NCBI GenBank assembly: GCA_000320545.1
Contig: ADNK01000427.1
Location: forward strand, 186,001 to 250,000
Length of the DNA: 64,000 bases
Direction: 5' to 3'
From: Bigelowiella natans CCMP2755
Lineage: Eukaryota; Protista; Cercozoa
Numbering within the stretch: position 1 is the stretch's first letter; every line of letters starts with the position of its first letter. A program made the translations under genes and the position numbers. The notes under the pieces are model-generated. The model made no database searches and was not told where the DNA came from. It saw only the letters and a list, made by a program, of their open reading frames with translations. Positions 12,165 through 27,108 of the stretch are shown here, piece by piece.

Positions 12165-14191
12165 TTACTGCATATACCCTTCAGCATCAGCTGGAAACCT
12201 TCGATAGTCGTCAAGAAATTAAGCATTACGAAGACGCAACAACAATAGTCTGACAACAGTTTTCATTACTACACCAGCATTGTACTTACCCTGCGGGCGC
12301 CCCGATTCCCGTCTGTGTTATTGCCATCACCTGCGAAGAACACAGATATTAATGTGAAATTGTAATCTGTTTGTGCTCATCCGAAAACGCTGTGGCTTAC
12401 CTTGAAGAGTAGCCCCATTTCATCTTCAGAGACCAGACGCTACGTATTTAGTTGAGCGATATTGAGGATGCATACGCATAATGCATAAGTAGAACTGTTC
12501 GTCATATAATGAGATGTATCTTTTGGCTAAAATGGAAGCGATGTGCGAAGGATATTTGTTTCGTGTGAGTATCTATGATCGTGGTTAAGTGAATGCTGTG
12601 TGACCATGACAGTCCTTTCAATGTTCTCTTTCTCTTCCTCCGTTGCATGTTCGCACAAAGCTGACATTCTTGCCTCTGACAATGACAGAGAAACGACGGA
12701 GATGGTGACGATGCCAAACGGTTTTAACAGCCAAAATCCGGAGAATTACTCCTCAATATTCTATCTAAAGAACAAGGCAAACCTATGTTCATGTTGATCA
12801 GAAATGCTCCCTGTGGCACGATAGGGAATACCTAGCGTAGGAATCAGCATCATAGACGATGAAACAATCGATGGTAACAAGTTGGAGGGAGAGCACAAAT
12901 TTAGTGCTGGGTGCGACGTTGCACATCCCATTGATGCCGCGAGGCTCATCATCATATTAAGGAGGAAAATGTATCTTCAAACTTGAAGGTTGTCCGGTGA
13001 AGCTCTTTGGGCAGCACTCCTGCCGTCAAAAACACCATGTAGAGCTCGATGAGAAAAGGCATGGACGGGTACAGATGGGAAGACGCAGTTGCGGAACACG
13101 TAGGAAGAAGTAGCTGAGTACCGTAGCGAGCTGAAATTGACGTGTGCACTCAGGTCCACCTGCCGACAATGATGATGATGATGATGATGATGACGATGAT
13201 GATGGTGATGAAAGTACAACGTCTTGCAAGTCGAATCACAAATGAAACATACAAAGCGACAGAAGTTGTGAGCGCGCTACCTCCCTACTAAGATGATGCT
13301 TGGACGAGTGAATGGTGGGTACCTCTCCGGGGGTTTCCAATACGTGTGCGAACTTGTGCTCTTTCACTCCCTTTTGATAATAATCATCATCGAGAGAAAC
13401 CAAAGCTTCCATTCAAACAACGTCTTAGTGCGTGCGTGCGTGCGTGTGTTGGTGAACACCATCTCTTCCCGAATCGATTAGAATGTGATGGAAAAAGTAA
13501 AATGTATCGATGAACTAAAGAGTTGCGGATGTAGTGGACATTGGTTCTAATTTCATCATCCATTGGACTGCTGCTGCTGTTTGATGCTGCTGTTTGATGG
13601 TAGTATGCGGTTGGTTGGCTGTCTGCAACCACCAGCACCTGCAGCGTTCCTTGTTGCGGAAAGTCTTCTCCGTAGTCCACTACAAGGCATGCACCCCCTA
13701 ACAACAACAACAACAACAACAGTACGACACAACACAGCATATAGAATAATCTCAAAAAATGCAAAAGTACTCTTCTTGCATCATCATCATCATCATCACC
13801 ACTGCATAATCACTATTATCATCATCATCATCATCAGCAGCAGTAGCAGGAGGAGGAGGAACAAAGGTTTATCCGTCTGTCCACTTCGTTTTTTGATGAT
13901 CTCTGAACAAGGTGTGGTTGGCGTTGTGAGTATTCTCTATTATTAAGATGTCAAGTGAGGGCAGCATCGTCCTCGTGGTTTTAATATGTAAATAGCGGAT
14001 CTTAGTCTTGACTTCATTCCCTCTTCCCCCGCCCCTGGTTTTTCAACTAAAGAACACCTTGATTGCCAATCTTCTTGGCGAGCATTTCCATGGTAATGTC
14101 TCGATATGGCCCTACTTCTAGCCTACAGATCATTATTGATGATGCCGACAATTCGAGACAAACTCCGAATCTACACGTATACATTTACATA

Positions 14192-14254
<63 letters not shown>

Positions 14255-15109
14255 ATTTTTATCAGTAAGTGGAAGAACCTTGCTCCTATGGGGATACCGT
14301 CATCTGGCTCGAGGACAACGCCATCATGCGTGCGTAACGTGTCCTACACACGATAACAAAGGCCCCCATATGAAGATTACGATGATGATGATACTAATCT
14401 GGATGTCGCAACAACAGCACAATAATAACTAAGAGTAGTAATGATGATGATGCACAGACACAGCATATTTTCGTGGAGAATGGAATGTCAAAGAGAGAAA
14501 GAGAGACAGAGAGAGAGGGGGGGGGAGGGGGGGGGATTTAAACATGCATCATTACACGTGTGTTGAATGCAATATCACATTACACGTACAGATGATGATG
14601 ATGATGATGATGTGAGCACTGTAGGAAAGCTCACAGAGCTAGGTTGTTGGGCATGGCCTCTTTTCATCGACGATTTCATGCTGCCATCACGATCTTGTTG
14701 CTCGAGCTGCTGAGCAGCCTCCTTTTCTTCCGTCCTATACTCCGATGGGATGCTTTCAAACAGCTTCCTCCTTGATGCCGCGTCACGCCCAAGAAACGCA
14801 CTTGAAGACGGCCCCGGGCTGAACATTTAATCCATTGTTTTCCCGTTACAATAAAGTATTGACGAAGAAGAGAAAGGAAGATACCTTGGAGCGAGGACAA
14901 ATTTAAGGTGGTGGTTATTGTGCTCTCCATCCCCATCGTCATTATCATCATCAACGTTCGTGTCAACCAGTACTTCGCACCATCCACGCTCTGTGTAGTA
15001 GGTGGTAGCCAAACATGCAAATACAAGCAGCAGCAGCAGCAGCAGTAGCATACTCCTTACGTTGTGATAATACCTCATGTCATAGCACTTAACTGTGTCT
15101 ATTATACTT

Positions 15110-15142
<33 letters not shown>

Positions 15143-17680
15143 GTCCTCGTTATCCCTATGGTCTTCCTACTTACAACCAGTGTGCTGAAACTGCTGAACC
15201 TGAATGTAGTAGCAACGATGATAAGGTGATAGCGGCATGCAGAATGTGTCACGTATCGTCGTTGACCAAAGCAAACCGCAAGAACAACCTACCGGCAATG
15301 CATCGAAGAACTCGTGCGCTATACAGAACAACGGAGCATCTAATCATCGTGTCAATAACGTCACTTAAATTGAGGAAGTAGTTGTTTTAAGGGCTGCTCA
15401 CGTTGATACCTTGCGGCAGCGAATCGAGGCCCCAATGCCAGGTTACGCGCAAACCTAGCAGGTGATGATTTTCAGTATCTTGGAAGATTCTGGCTAGTAT
15501 ATCCATGTTAAGTTGTTGTCCGGATCATTGTGAGCGGGGGCAATGGTATTATTACCTTCTTTTGTGACACCTGAGACCTTCTCTCCAGCCATGACTTCGT
15601 TTTTCTGTATCGTAGCATGCATGCATGGATAATACTTCTCGTCAGATAGATATGTGTATGCGATGGAAATGATTGCTTTCATACAATTGGCGAGTGAGTA
15701 ATGCATGCCCTATTGTAGCACGAATGCTCATCATACGTTATCGTCTTCTTCAGATGTGCTTCTTTCTTCACTAAGGTCAATTTCCACCTGAGAAAAGAGA
15801 TTCAGATGGACAATCCTCATTTTTCATTACAAATCCACACACACACACACACACACACAGACAGATTCGTAATGATGATCATAGCGATTAAGCTACCAAC
15901 CTCAAGTCTCTGTCGTTGTATTTCCCTCATCTGCAACGAATTTTCCACAAGATGCACTGAAGCGCCCTATGATACAATTCATGAAGAACCCATTCACAAC
16001 CAGTCCTATCGAAGTCGCCCCGCCAAATCGCAGGGCCTCCAAAGGGAAAGCATGCGAAAGACCGATATGTACCTCTAGGAAAGAAGGAAATGCCTTCGTT
16101 GTCCGTAGCAGATCAAACATTAGCGTTCCTTGAATGATGATGGTGTATATAGGAGGAAGAGGAGTCATGGTGAAATGGTAGTAGGCGGAAGAGTTACATG
16201 GGAAGGTGACTATAAACGTGTACAACAAGTGGCTTTTTATTATTATTGTTAGGTTTGCTTATCTTCTTAAATTCAGATAGATTCTGCATTGACTGTGAAC
16301 GTCGTATTTTATTACCTCTGCCAGGGCCCAGCTCAACCTGATATATGCCATCGGTTCAGCGAATGTTAGATCATTGAATACTTATTGTATTGACATGTTC
16401 GATTTGTTCGGAATATCAGGCTACCTAATCATCATCATCATCACCATCATCATCATCGTCATGGTTATCATTATCTCTCAATATTTCTTTCATATTACAA
16501 TGTGCATCGGATTTGGTTTGCCGCACTGAGACCAAGTTGTAAGCATCCATATCCCCAACAACTCACCGAACATCTAAATTGTTACGATAAAGCAAGAGAA
16601 TGCAGCGTCAATTTTCATCATAACGGTCTTAACCTGCTATGTTGTTTGTGAGCAGAGAAAACACAAAGATTCAGCAGCTAGCCTACCTGTGTTAGTTCTG
16701 GGGAGGTAACGAAATCGCCACGGCGCCCAAATATCTGTTACAAACTTTCATCATTCGTACTACCTTTCATATGCACTGAGACCTTACCTCTCTCTGCTGA
16801 TAATATCCGAAATCTGGGTGACTAAGATAGATGCATAGCAGCACAGTCGGCTTAATTCAGTGTTCCATAGTATTCAGCTGCTACAAAAGTACGTTATATA
16901 CGCATACAGGCATGTGTGTGTGTGTGTGTGCGTGTGTGTATGTGTGTGAGTGGATGAGTTTGGAGGGAGGGTGCTTTGGAATGTAAGAGGCGACTCATAG
17001 AAAGAGCGATGCAGCATAGTTCATATATTGTGTATGATACTTTAGTAGGTTAATGTTAGAACTTTAAGTAGCAAACAGCAAGATAGTATACGATCTTCTT
17101 ATTATTATTGATGAACGCACCCTAAGCACATCTGCATGTATTCTGCCACAGAAAGAGGCCCCCTTGTGGCAACGTGGGTATTAATTTCATCAAGCTGTGA
17201 TGTATTCAGGAGAAGGAGGAGGAGGAGGAGGAGGAGGAGGCACCAATTCGTTTACGTTGAGAACATTTTTGATCGAAACGATTCATTTGAACAAGTCACA
17301 TCATCATAATAATTTGTCCAGTCACCAAAGGAGTCATCGGAGTTTTCGGTGCGGCTTCGCTCTCCCCTCCCTCCTTTTCCGGTGAGCTGCTCGTAAGGAC
17401 TCGGTTCTTCTCCCCCAGAAGTCCTAATTCATACAAACCAGCGAAATCTGTCGGTTTTGCCAAGATTTTAAGGAAGAAAAGCCGTTTACCAACCTTGGCG
17501 ATCAATGGCAATGACTCTGAAATTTTGCTTATCGGTGTCTACCCCCTCCTTGCTGCAAAATTCTCTGGCTCTGCCCCCAACACAAGGGCGATTCTTCGTC
17601 AATGATTGCAATGCACTACGCCTGATCATCGAAGTCCATGGAGGCGCATGTCGGGGAGGGCGTAAGCATCGTGGTTTCAT
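12165..17680 (-). CDS. NDUFAF7: Mitochondrial protein arginine methyltransferase NDUFAF7/MidA (complex I assembly factor); many small exons
   Basis: Spliced motifs: [116 protein letters not shown]...PAGF; Arg-rich presequence from ATG 17680. Confidence 0.93.
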
Positions 17681-17938
17681 TCTCTCACCGAAACGGAACA
17701 CAGCCTCCTCCTCCTCCCAGCCCCTCTAGCCGGTTGGGTTGTTAGGAGCGCTCTCTCTCTCTCTCTCTCCCGTCGGTAACAGCGAGGAAAATGACGGGGA
17801 AAATGTATGTCGCAACACTTTTTCACAGGCGGTTTTTTAGATTTTTCCAGGAGAGAAAATTGCTCAAATTCCGAGCTGCAAGAGACAGATCACCCCCTCC
17901 CCATCCACATGTGCTCCTGAACCAATCTGCGGAGAAGA

Positions 17939-18992
17939 ATGGGAGGAATGCACATGGGCGGTCGTAGAAGGAATAAAGTAGGCCTCCTACTAATCATCAC
18001 TTCTGTCGCCATCGCAATCTCGAAAATTGGGGTGCAGCTGCATCTAACGCGTCGTCTCCAAACTTCGCCTCTTTCCGGAGATAACCTTCTTGAGACCCTT
18101 GAGTCGCTCCTACATGCATACCACCGAAGAGCGCGAAGTGAAATTCCAGAATTCCATTGTGGCGTTCAGCTGGAGTCTATTCGCTTGGACCAAATAACGT
18201 ACGATTAGAATCTAAAAAAGCTATCCCCTTCTGAATTCAAAATGTGCGATTATTTGCTAATCAGACGGAGCCGACGGCGGATGTGTACAGTGGCACCTGC
18301 GCACACGATTTTCGTAAACACGACGAAGTATTCTAGGCCGTTACTGCTTTTGTTAACATGCTTACTCACGGCAATGTTGATGTTATTTCCCAGAATACAA
18401 CACGACTCTAGCCCTGGATTTGAATTTGCCTCGAACATGACGCAGTAATATAAAGAATAACAACTTCTAAAATCATTATTCAGCAGTTCCAGCAGTAGAA
18501 CGTAACCTGTACTTTTCAGAACTTACGATGGAGCACTCGGGAGGATGCTGTACACCCCTCGGCCGGACTTGAGATTTGTGCAAGATCACTTCATCACAAC
18601 GCAGGAAGCGGATCTAATGGTGTGTCTGCCAGCTCACGCACTTACTACTCGCAACAACAATAACAACAACAACAACAATAATAACACTAACTTCGAGATA
18701 TTATCGAATGATGATGCCAATACGTTGTTGCAGAGAGAAAATTTCTTAAGCATCCTGGAATACCTATCAGCCCAGGGCGACGAATATGCTCTTGGAATAC
18801 CATCGAAGGTTTTTGGGGGTGGTGGTAGTGGTGGTGGTGGAATTATGTGAAACAACTAACAGTCGATCAGAACACGTTGTCTAATTTACTGTAGGCTGCA
18901 GCAAAACGTCTGGATGGGGAAGTCTACAAACTTATAACAAAGTACTGAAATTCACGATCAACAAGATTATGTACGTTACTCACGTGTGCGCG

Positions 18993-19037
<45 letters not shown>

Positions 19038-19644
19038 TGTGTTTGTGTGCGTATTTATGCAGAATCGTTAGTAAGGCATGCAAAGTAGTAAGAGCACTAG
19101 ATTGGTGAGTTTTCTTACGATGATGATACCGATCGAGCTCCATTTAAATTGCGATTACATGCAGTGCGAGAGGGGTAAAGCTTCTACGGAAATCAGCCCT
19201 CCTCGTCGTTCAACCCAGCACATCAAACCTACCTGCCAATAGAACTTGGTCTCAGAGAAACATGAGCGATATAAATTCCTACACCGGCCATCATCATACA
19301 CGGGTAGTTGCGGGTATCACTGAAATGCGAAGTCACAAGCACACATGGCTTTTTAAAAACATAGCGCCCTTGCTCGGCCACACCAAACCTTTTTCCTACG
19401 TGTTAGCGAACATGCTCGTTGTTCACGCTCGAATCAGTCTTCCGATCTCTGATTGTTTACTATTATTATTATTATTATTATTATTATTATCATATTATTA
19501 TTATTTGAACAACTGACAGCCACGCTGCGACAAGTGCTGGGATCCCCATTACGATGTGTCAGCGATTCTCTTCCTCAGTGATCAAGGAGCTCATCATCAG
19601 GTCGTCGTCAATTCTTTCTTCCATCACCATCATCGTCTACTGCA

Positions 19645-19677
<33 letters not shown>

Positions 19678-20095
19678 GCCACTACCACTACTGATTGTGG
19701 TACGTTTGGCTGAAATGCCGACAGGGAGGAGCTGGCGAGCTATTCGAGGATACTGATGCTGAACGAGTGGTTATGCACTAAATATGGATTTGTAGCATTT
19801 GCTACATTCTCATTCTTCTATAGAGTCTATAATGACTACTATTCCTGCTCTCATTGCTATCATCGTAACATCTGATTGAAAATCGAAAGGCTGCTGCTGC
19901 TGCTGCTGCTCTCGTCCAATGCTCAATGCAACGATTTCTCGTAATGCAGGTTGAAGCAAGAAAAGGGCGATTACTTTGGTGGTTCAGTCAGTTAGTTAGT
20001 AGTCGTGTTTCCCCCATTTATTTCGAGGGGGGGAGGGAGGAGGAGGACGAAAAATAACAGAACGACTAGAAATGCCTTATCGACTCAAATTTTGC

Positions 20096-20134
<39 letters not shown>

Positions 20135-21225
20135 CGTCAGTTTCAGCTCAGGATTTGAGAACATGCACAGGCCGCAGAACAGTTCTGATGATGGTATTGC
20201 TACCACTCTTCTTCATCAAAATAAATCAAGTTGAAAGGCTTGGAGTTGAGACAATGGTTGCCTGTATTATTATTGTTGGGGTTCATCGTCGTCCTCAAAG
20301 GGCGCAGAGTCATCTTAGAAATGTACTTCACCCGGTCGCACCTTGAAGCTTGGAATGAGCAACAACTCGAGGTTTGTTTGACTCATCATTATAGCAATGT
20401 GTATAAAGTGTGAATGCTCCTACAACCGTGTCACTGAACGTGGAAATCAACAGGAGGGAAGCTCTTTTTTCCAAGGAGGCCGATGTTCTGAGGACAATTT
20501 CTTTCCCCAGGATGAGAGGTGGGATCAGAATTTGAGAAGCTGTCGTATCAATCGCTCTTGACCCTGAATTGGCTTTCTAATATGAATACTACATCCTCAG
20601 TAAGCATTTTAAGCTGAGAGAAGATGCTAGGCCAGAAGAGGAAGGCGAACGTTTCGGTGAATTCCTCTCAAAGATAAAACAAGAAGAAGAAGAAGCTTCA
20701 AGGTAGCAAATGCTCTCGAGATGTTTTATCGGAAGATTTCATCAGTCGTTGCTGACTGGAGCAATTAACATATTCGCAAGTGATACTGAGGATGAGAAGA
20801 AAATGGAGTGGATAAAGGTATTAATGCTTTATATAACCGAAGGGACTTTAAGGCATAACATTGTTTTTTTAATGGTATCATCATCACGTAATCAATAAAA
20901 AGAGACACATGAAAACCTTGAAACAAGAGTCGCTGGTGGCTCCTCCTCGCACACACCGAGAACTCCTCAAGTTGATCGCAAGGTCTGGGGCACGCAGCTT
21001 ACCTATCTCGTTTTCTTGTCACACAAACTAAAACAAACAATTAATAACAGGGTGGAGAAACGCGACAGGGAAGTAGACCCTAATACAGGAGGAAACCAGG
21101 GTAGTGATGTTCCTGGTAGCAACGAGAAATCATTTAATACAAAAGATCCTGCAGAACAGGACGAAGCTACCGAGAATAATTTGGCAAGCCATAGTTTTGA
21201 TCTCTACCCTACTGGTGATCAATGA
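17939..21225 (+). CDS. 2-oxoglutarate/Fe(II) oxygenase-fold protein (OGFOD3/prolyl 3-hydroxylase-like) with N-terminal hydrophobic anchor and acidic tail
   Basis: Spliced: FVQDHFITTQEADLM...PRCDKCWDPHYDVSAILFLSD...GGAGELFED...VEARKGRLL.FSSGFENMHRPQNSSDDGRRVILEMYFT; this matches the family pattern (S.ILYL, GG, GR..FSSG.EN.H, R ten residues after H). Confidence 0.75.
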
Positions 21226-21289
21226 GCTGTATTACTGGGAATCTATTGGCCACGTAAGTGATGGCCGTGCTGTGTATGTCCTCATTTAG

Positions 21290-21760
21290 TCATCACCATG
21301 AATGCTCATTTCTGTACATGCTGCGGACTCGACGGCAATAATATGTCCTACGTACGTTGCGCTCATCTAGTGTACGTCTCGCAGTACGCTACTGCACATC
21401 GACCGGCATTCACCACATGTACACATGCTGCATGAATGCATGCTATGAATTAAGCGGTCAGAGTACGCATTGCAGACGTGCGCATGCTATGGCGAAAAAT
21501 CCAGAAATGCAGCATTCACGAAGCACATAGCATGTCCCTCTCAGCTCTAGCTGTACGTGTGCCTGGTGCTGGCAACCATGCACGATTTGCAACTTGCATT
21601 TGATAATCGTTCATTGCATATCCCATGATCTGCTAGCCACCGAAGCGCACACGTGCGAAGCGCGTAACAGTAACATGCTAAATACCTACAATTGTCTAGC
21701 TGTGTGATAGTAGCGAGTAAAGAGAAACATATAGGCTATGCTAATGGAACTTGTGTTGTT
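21290..21760. other. Palindromic-tetramer tract 3, convergent spacer
   Basis: acatgtacacatgctgcatgaatgcatgc, ctctagctgtacgtg, gcacacgtgc; lies between the oxygenase gene(+) and IFT144(-). Confidence 0.7.
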
Positions 21761-22013
21761 ATCATTATTTAGATTGTGAGCAGCCGACTCTCGTCATGAG
21801 AGCATTAACAAGGAGTCATTGCTTAAAAGCTTGCTATTGGTTCGTGCATTCGATGCGCAATCGTCGCACTTGCGCTGCACGGTGGATATTATCCTCTCAT
21901 TCTCGGAGAGGACAAGCAGGACGTTTTGGTGTATTAAATCATCAGTCCGGCCGTACTCAAAGCTTCAGGTTCTACGCAATAACGCGAATATCGACACTTC
22001 AAGTTAGGCGTCG

Positions 22014-25000
22014 CTACTCCGCTTTACCCTCCTTTTTTTCATCATCTGAGGTCCTCGATTTTAAGAGAATAGCTTTGACCTCTTCGTATGATAGTTTTTT
22101 CAAAGCATCCTTTTTGATGACTTTCTTGCACATGTAGCATGGCTGCCCCGCCTACAATTTTTGGAATTTCATGGATTATTTCAAATCAAATCATATTCCT
22201 ATGCTACATGTTGCTTCAAATAAGATTGTCGCTCCCAGTAGAATGTGATGAGTGTTACCTCTGCGAGTTGTGACATCTCTGAATGCAAAGCGGTGGTGTT
22301 GCACGACGGACACAAAGAGAAATCACCAGGAACCTTAAAAAGATGCACGACATGGGATGAATGATGATCAAACTCCACACTTTTTGTGTCTCGAGCGGAT
22401 TCCGAATAATAAAAGCTTGCACTACCATATGTCGCCCTGTGATGAGGCAAAACGGGATATCGTTCTTGCATTGGGGGCAAGTAAGGAGAGAGTTCGGAAC
22501 CTGCTTATCAAGAGAAGAGGAGCCATTCATTCACATGTGTCTCTCCTCGGATACAATGAGGATGTTGCGTTGAAGTCTAACATGGAATATAACCTTGAAA
22601 TGGCAGAACGGACAAGGGGAAACTTCTTCTTCCTCTTCTTTGGTTGGAGGCCTACGCACCATCTTCTCGATGCTCTTACGTACCTGCACAAACAAATCAT
22701 AGAGCATTTGTTACCCTGATCTCAACGATGGGTCTAAATTATTTCCCAAATCTTCAATTTAGCTGCAATGCAATACAATCTGGCAGCATATAATATTCCT
22801 GAGGTTATCATATCACAGAATCTGAGAAAGCAGCACCTTTTGCAAGATCTTGGGCCTGTACTCTGGCTGCATAAGTTTTACTGCATGCTCATATGCTGAT
22901 TTCTTCAAACCTGCAAAAAGGTGAGATCTCAGTACTTAAGAAACAAGCAAATCAACTACAGAAATCTGGATGCGATCATCTTTTCAGTCATTATCAGATA
23001 TCGTTGCGAAACTCACCTCCACGGGCGCATTCGATAACACACGAGGTGAGAATGGGGACAGTGTGTGCTGGAAACTTGGAGATGTTCTTGCATACCTGCG
23101 AGTTGATGAGCGCGTAGAAATTTAAGTGTTTGAAATATGGAAGAAGAATGAACTACAATTCCTATCCTAATAATTCCCCACACGATTTAATCCCACCCAC
23201 CCGGATAAGCATCCTTGCAGCGTCCTTGTGCTTCTTCCGCTCGACCAGCTTTCGCACGATGATGTACGAGTGCAAGAGGGTGAGAGTGCGCATGAGCTCG
23301 TTCGGAACCGCGATCTTGTTGTTTCGCAGCTCATTCAATGTCTCGAAAAGTAGATCGTGGGCTGTACGATATCCGCCAATCTTCTGCTCCTGAGTTGCAA
23401 TAATCACAGCCGTCTTCGATGCTTTCTGATGGTCTCCAATCGCCATGTAGAGCAAGTAGACGAATTTAGGCTCCTTCGGTTTGCCATCCTTCTCACCCAG
23501 TAGGTAGGCATGCAGCATCCGCACCAGCATAGGCCTCTCAGGGGATGTTCGTGCGGCCTTCACGATCTGCCATTTTTATCACCAAATTGCAACAGCAGCA
23601 ACAACAACGATGATTACGATAATCATGATGATGGTGGCCAGTAATATGGCAGCTACAGACTATCGCCCTCATCTCTACCAAACGAAAAGCTCTTTTAACT
23701 AACATTCCGCGTAAATAAGGTACGATTTATCCACTCGACGGCTAAATTTTAGATTTGCTGCTACAACGTTGCGGTGATGGTCTCTCACCTTGATTGCTGA
23801 TTCAATCTCCTCCTCACCGCAGCGAAGGAACAAGCGCATAGCTTTCGCGTGCATGTGACATCGAGCGTAATTCCTCCCCGCGGCGGCAAATTTCTCCTCG
23901 GATTCATAGTACCGAGCAAGCCTAAGGTATTGCTCCTCCGTACCTATGTTCAGACATGAAAAGGAGGTGAAGGCTTAAGTAATTGAGCACCGATTTATTC
24001 TTGAATATGCGCGTTGAGGTTTGTTGACCTTTATCTCCGAGGGTTTTAGCATATATGTCCATTTTGTTGTGGTTACGCGCTCTGTCGAAAGCCTGCTTGT
24101 CCAAATTCGCCATTAGCAAGAACTCAATCGCCATTTCGTAGTCTCCATTTGACATGCAAAACCTGTTAATATTATCAATGAAACACGTCAAAACTACAAT
24201 CTTTAGCTCAACCCTCTGGATAAATGAACGAAGTTGTGTACATATGTGGATGATATGTGCGATTACATAACATCGTATGCACACATAGCATGTTGTTTCG
24301 TATGCGCATGCGTATGAGATCATTTGGTAAGACTTACGTGGCCACCATCCCCGCGCCTTGAGGTGAATTGTTTTTCCTGACGAGCTCGAAGGCTCTTTGC
24401 GGTTGATCGAGATGCTTCAGGCACACGCGTATAACATTGTCCACGTCGTTTGCTGAAAGGATTAAATAAACAATAAGCGAGAGTAGAAACGTCACTCAAT
24501 GCAACTAATCTTCGTCAATTTTTTTTGAATGTCGCACCTCGCTCATAGGCCGAGGCAGCCTCCGTGTATTTTTTCTGTGCCTCCATGGATTTTGCGTAAT
24601 GCGTGAGCAGCTTCGGTGCGGTGATGTGTTCCATAAGCGCCTCCAGCTTTGTGAATGACTTGGTCTTGAGGTACATGTAAGCTGCCTTTTCGTATTGCTC
24701 GGCCAGGCGGTACAGCTCTGCTGCCTCCCCATACTGACGCATGGCTTCGAGAATACTGCCGCAAGATTTGACGAGTTCCTTGTCCTTTGACTGTCGCACC
24801 ATCGCCAGCCTAAGTAGTGTCATTTCTCACATATGTCCAACACGTAGAGAAGACAATGCGTGGCTTCTGGCTGAGGGGGGGAGGAGTTCATCGGAGACGG
24901 TGTTAGATAACACTTGTTTGTGACCAACCCTTGCTGCAGGCTCCCTGTCCTGAGAGTCATTCGCGCAATGCCCGCTTTGCACACTCTTTTGTGGGAGACG

Positions 25001-26006
25001 GACTCATTGCCACCATCCAGACCCCCTGTGAAATTATCCTCGCCTATGTACGTACGAATCATGAATCAACACGACAAATCAGGCTCACATGCACGCACCC
25101 ACCCACACACACATCTCTCTCTCTCTCACACACACACACAACGTAGACATCTGACGCATTCATTTGGACTTGTTTTTGTGAATTTGATGATGACCGAATC
25201 CGCCCTCCATGGTCTTGGAAAGGGCCTGGTTGTACATCCTCAATGCCATGCCGTACTCCCCTTTGAACTCAAGTTGTTGCGCATACCTGACCACATTGTT
25301 CAAAAAGCGATGATGATGATGATGATGATGATAATGACAATGACGATGACGATGACGATGACGATTATTAGCCTAAAGTCGATGTGTTAATAAAACAATG
25401 CTTCTGACTCGCGACAGATTGAAGGAATTTGGTCTGGTGCAAGTTGCTGGGCAAGCTTCAGCGCCTGAAGATTAACCGTGAGACGACGAGAACACGCGTT
25501 GATGATGACGATGACGATGACGATGACGATGATGATGATGATGATGATGAATACACAAAGATGCATAACTAAAATGCCTATTCCTCACAGGGAGCTAGAA
25601 GGGCGATAGACACCCCTTGTGCTACTGCTACAACGACTTCTTCCTCTCGAATATGAAAGAACCTGGTCCCACTGCAAGAGGTCTCTCCTCATTTCCAATG
25701 CAGTTATTGGTCGCTTCTTGGAGCTTGTAAAATGGCGCTGGGCCTTTTCAAACTCGTGGAACAACATGCATACGTGACCCTTTAACAGCTCCAAATCTGC
25801 TACATCTGCAAGTCGCTTGAGAGTCATCACCATTGCAGCATTGCCCAGCATCGTGTACACACGAATGGCCATCTCTATGTTGAGCACACGCAGCGCCTTC
25901 TTTCCCAGTGTCCTTTTTTCAAGTTGCAGGGATTGCTTAGATAGGCTCTCCTTCATCATCATTGCTGGATGGACATTCATTCAACAAAGCAGCATGCAGA
26001 CATGTA

Positions 26007-26044
<38 letters not shown>

Positions 26045-27077
26045 GCGCGCGCGTGTATATTGACGACATGCTTCTTACTTCCAAGCATCTTCTGAATCCA
26101 CCGCCTTTGCGAGTTCAAACGCCACAGTGAAATTGTTCAGATCCAGTGCTTGTGTCAATCCTAAAACAGTTGCCATACTCGTAATTTGCTCAATTCTACA
26201 GCGATCAGTGATGCAATCAATGCCTCGAAGTAAGTCAGTTAGTAGGTAAAATCATCGTGTATCTCTTCTCGTCGCTATACTCACCCTGGACCTCCATTCC
26301 ATGCCTTCGGAACCCTTGGAGAAGCATGTGCTGATGCGTTCTCAGCGTATCTGATATGATCTTCCCTGTGTTTGTCTGGCCCCAGTATCTATATGATGCA
26401 CAACATAACACACCAGGTTTTATTTTCAAAGCAATGAACGGATGGCACCCTGGCGCGAGGAAAAACGTGTTTTTGGCATCAATGGCGGACCTTCCACCGT
26501 GCACGACAGTCACATTTGCAGTGTCAGCAACTTTCGTCGGATTGTCCAATTTCTTCACCTACACAGTACAATTTTGCATATGTCGTCATCGATGTGTATC
26601 TGTTTTCATCTCACGAAAACAGTTTATACGTTCCCTAAATTCGTTGAATGAAAAATCAAAGAAAAATCAAGAAATTGTCTTTAATAAATGAGTGGCTGAC
26701 CGTTGCTCCGTCGGTAGTGTGCGTAGTGTAGACGAATGTCGTTAATTCGTTTTTCACCTTTTTATTTAAAAAAAAAACAATCATTCGCCAGTTTCAAATC
26801 ACATAACATGTCCGTAAAGCAGGACAACTTCACGTGCTTCTTCTCTCAGGAAAACAACGACGACGACGAAACGATTCTTAGTCGTGCTCAGTCACCACCT
26901 CGCTTTCAACACTAATGAAGATTCCTTCATTGACCATGTCCCAGATCACATTACTCGACTTTGGAAATCTGGAGAGCATTCAAAAGAAAAAACGTTCTTT
27001 TCTCACGACATGACCAGAAAGCAGTGGATTCGGAAGTAAAACAGCATCTCCTCTCATATTGAACAAAAGCGCATACT

Positions 27078-27108
<31 letters not shown>

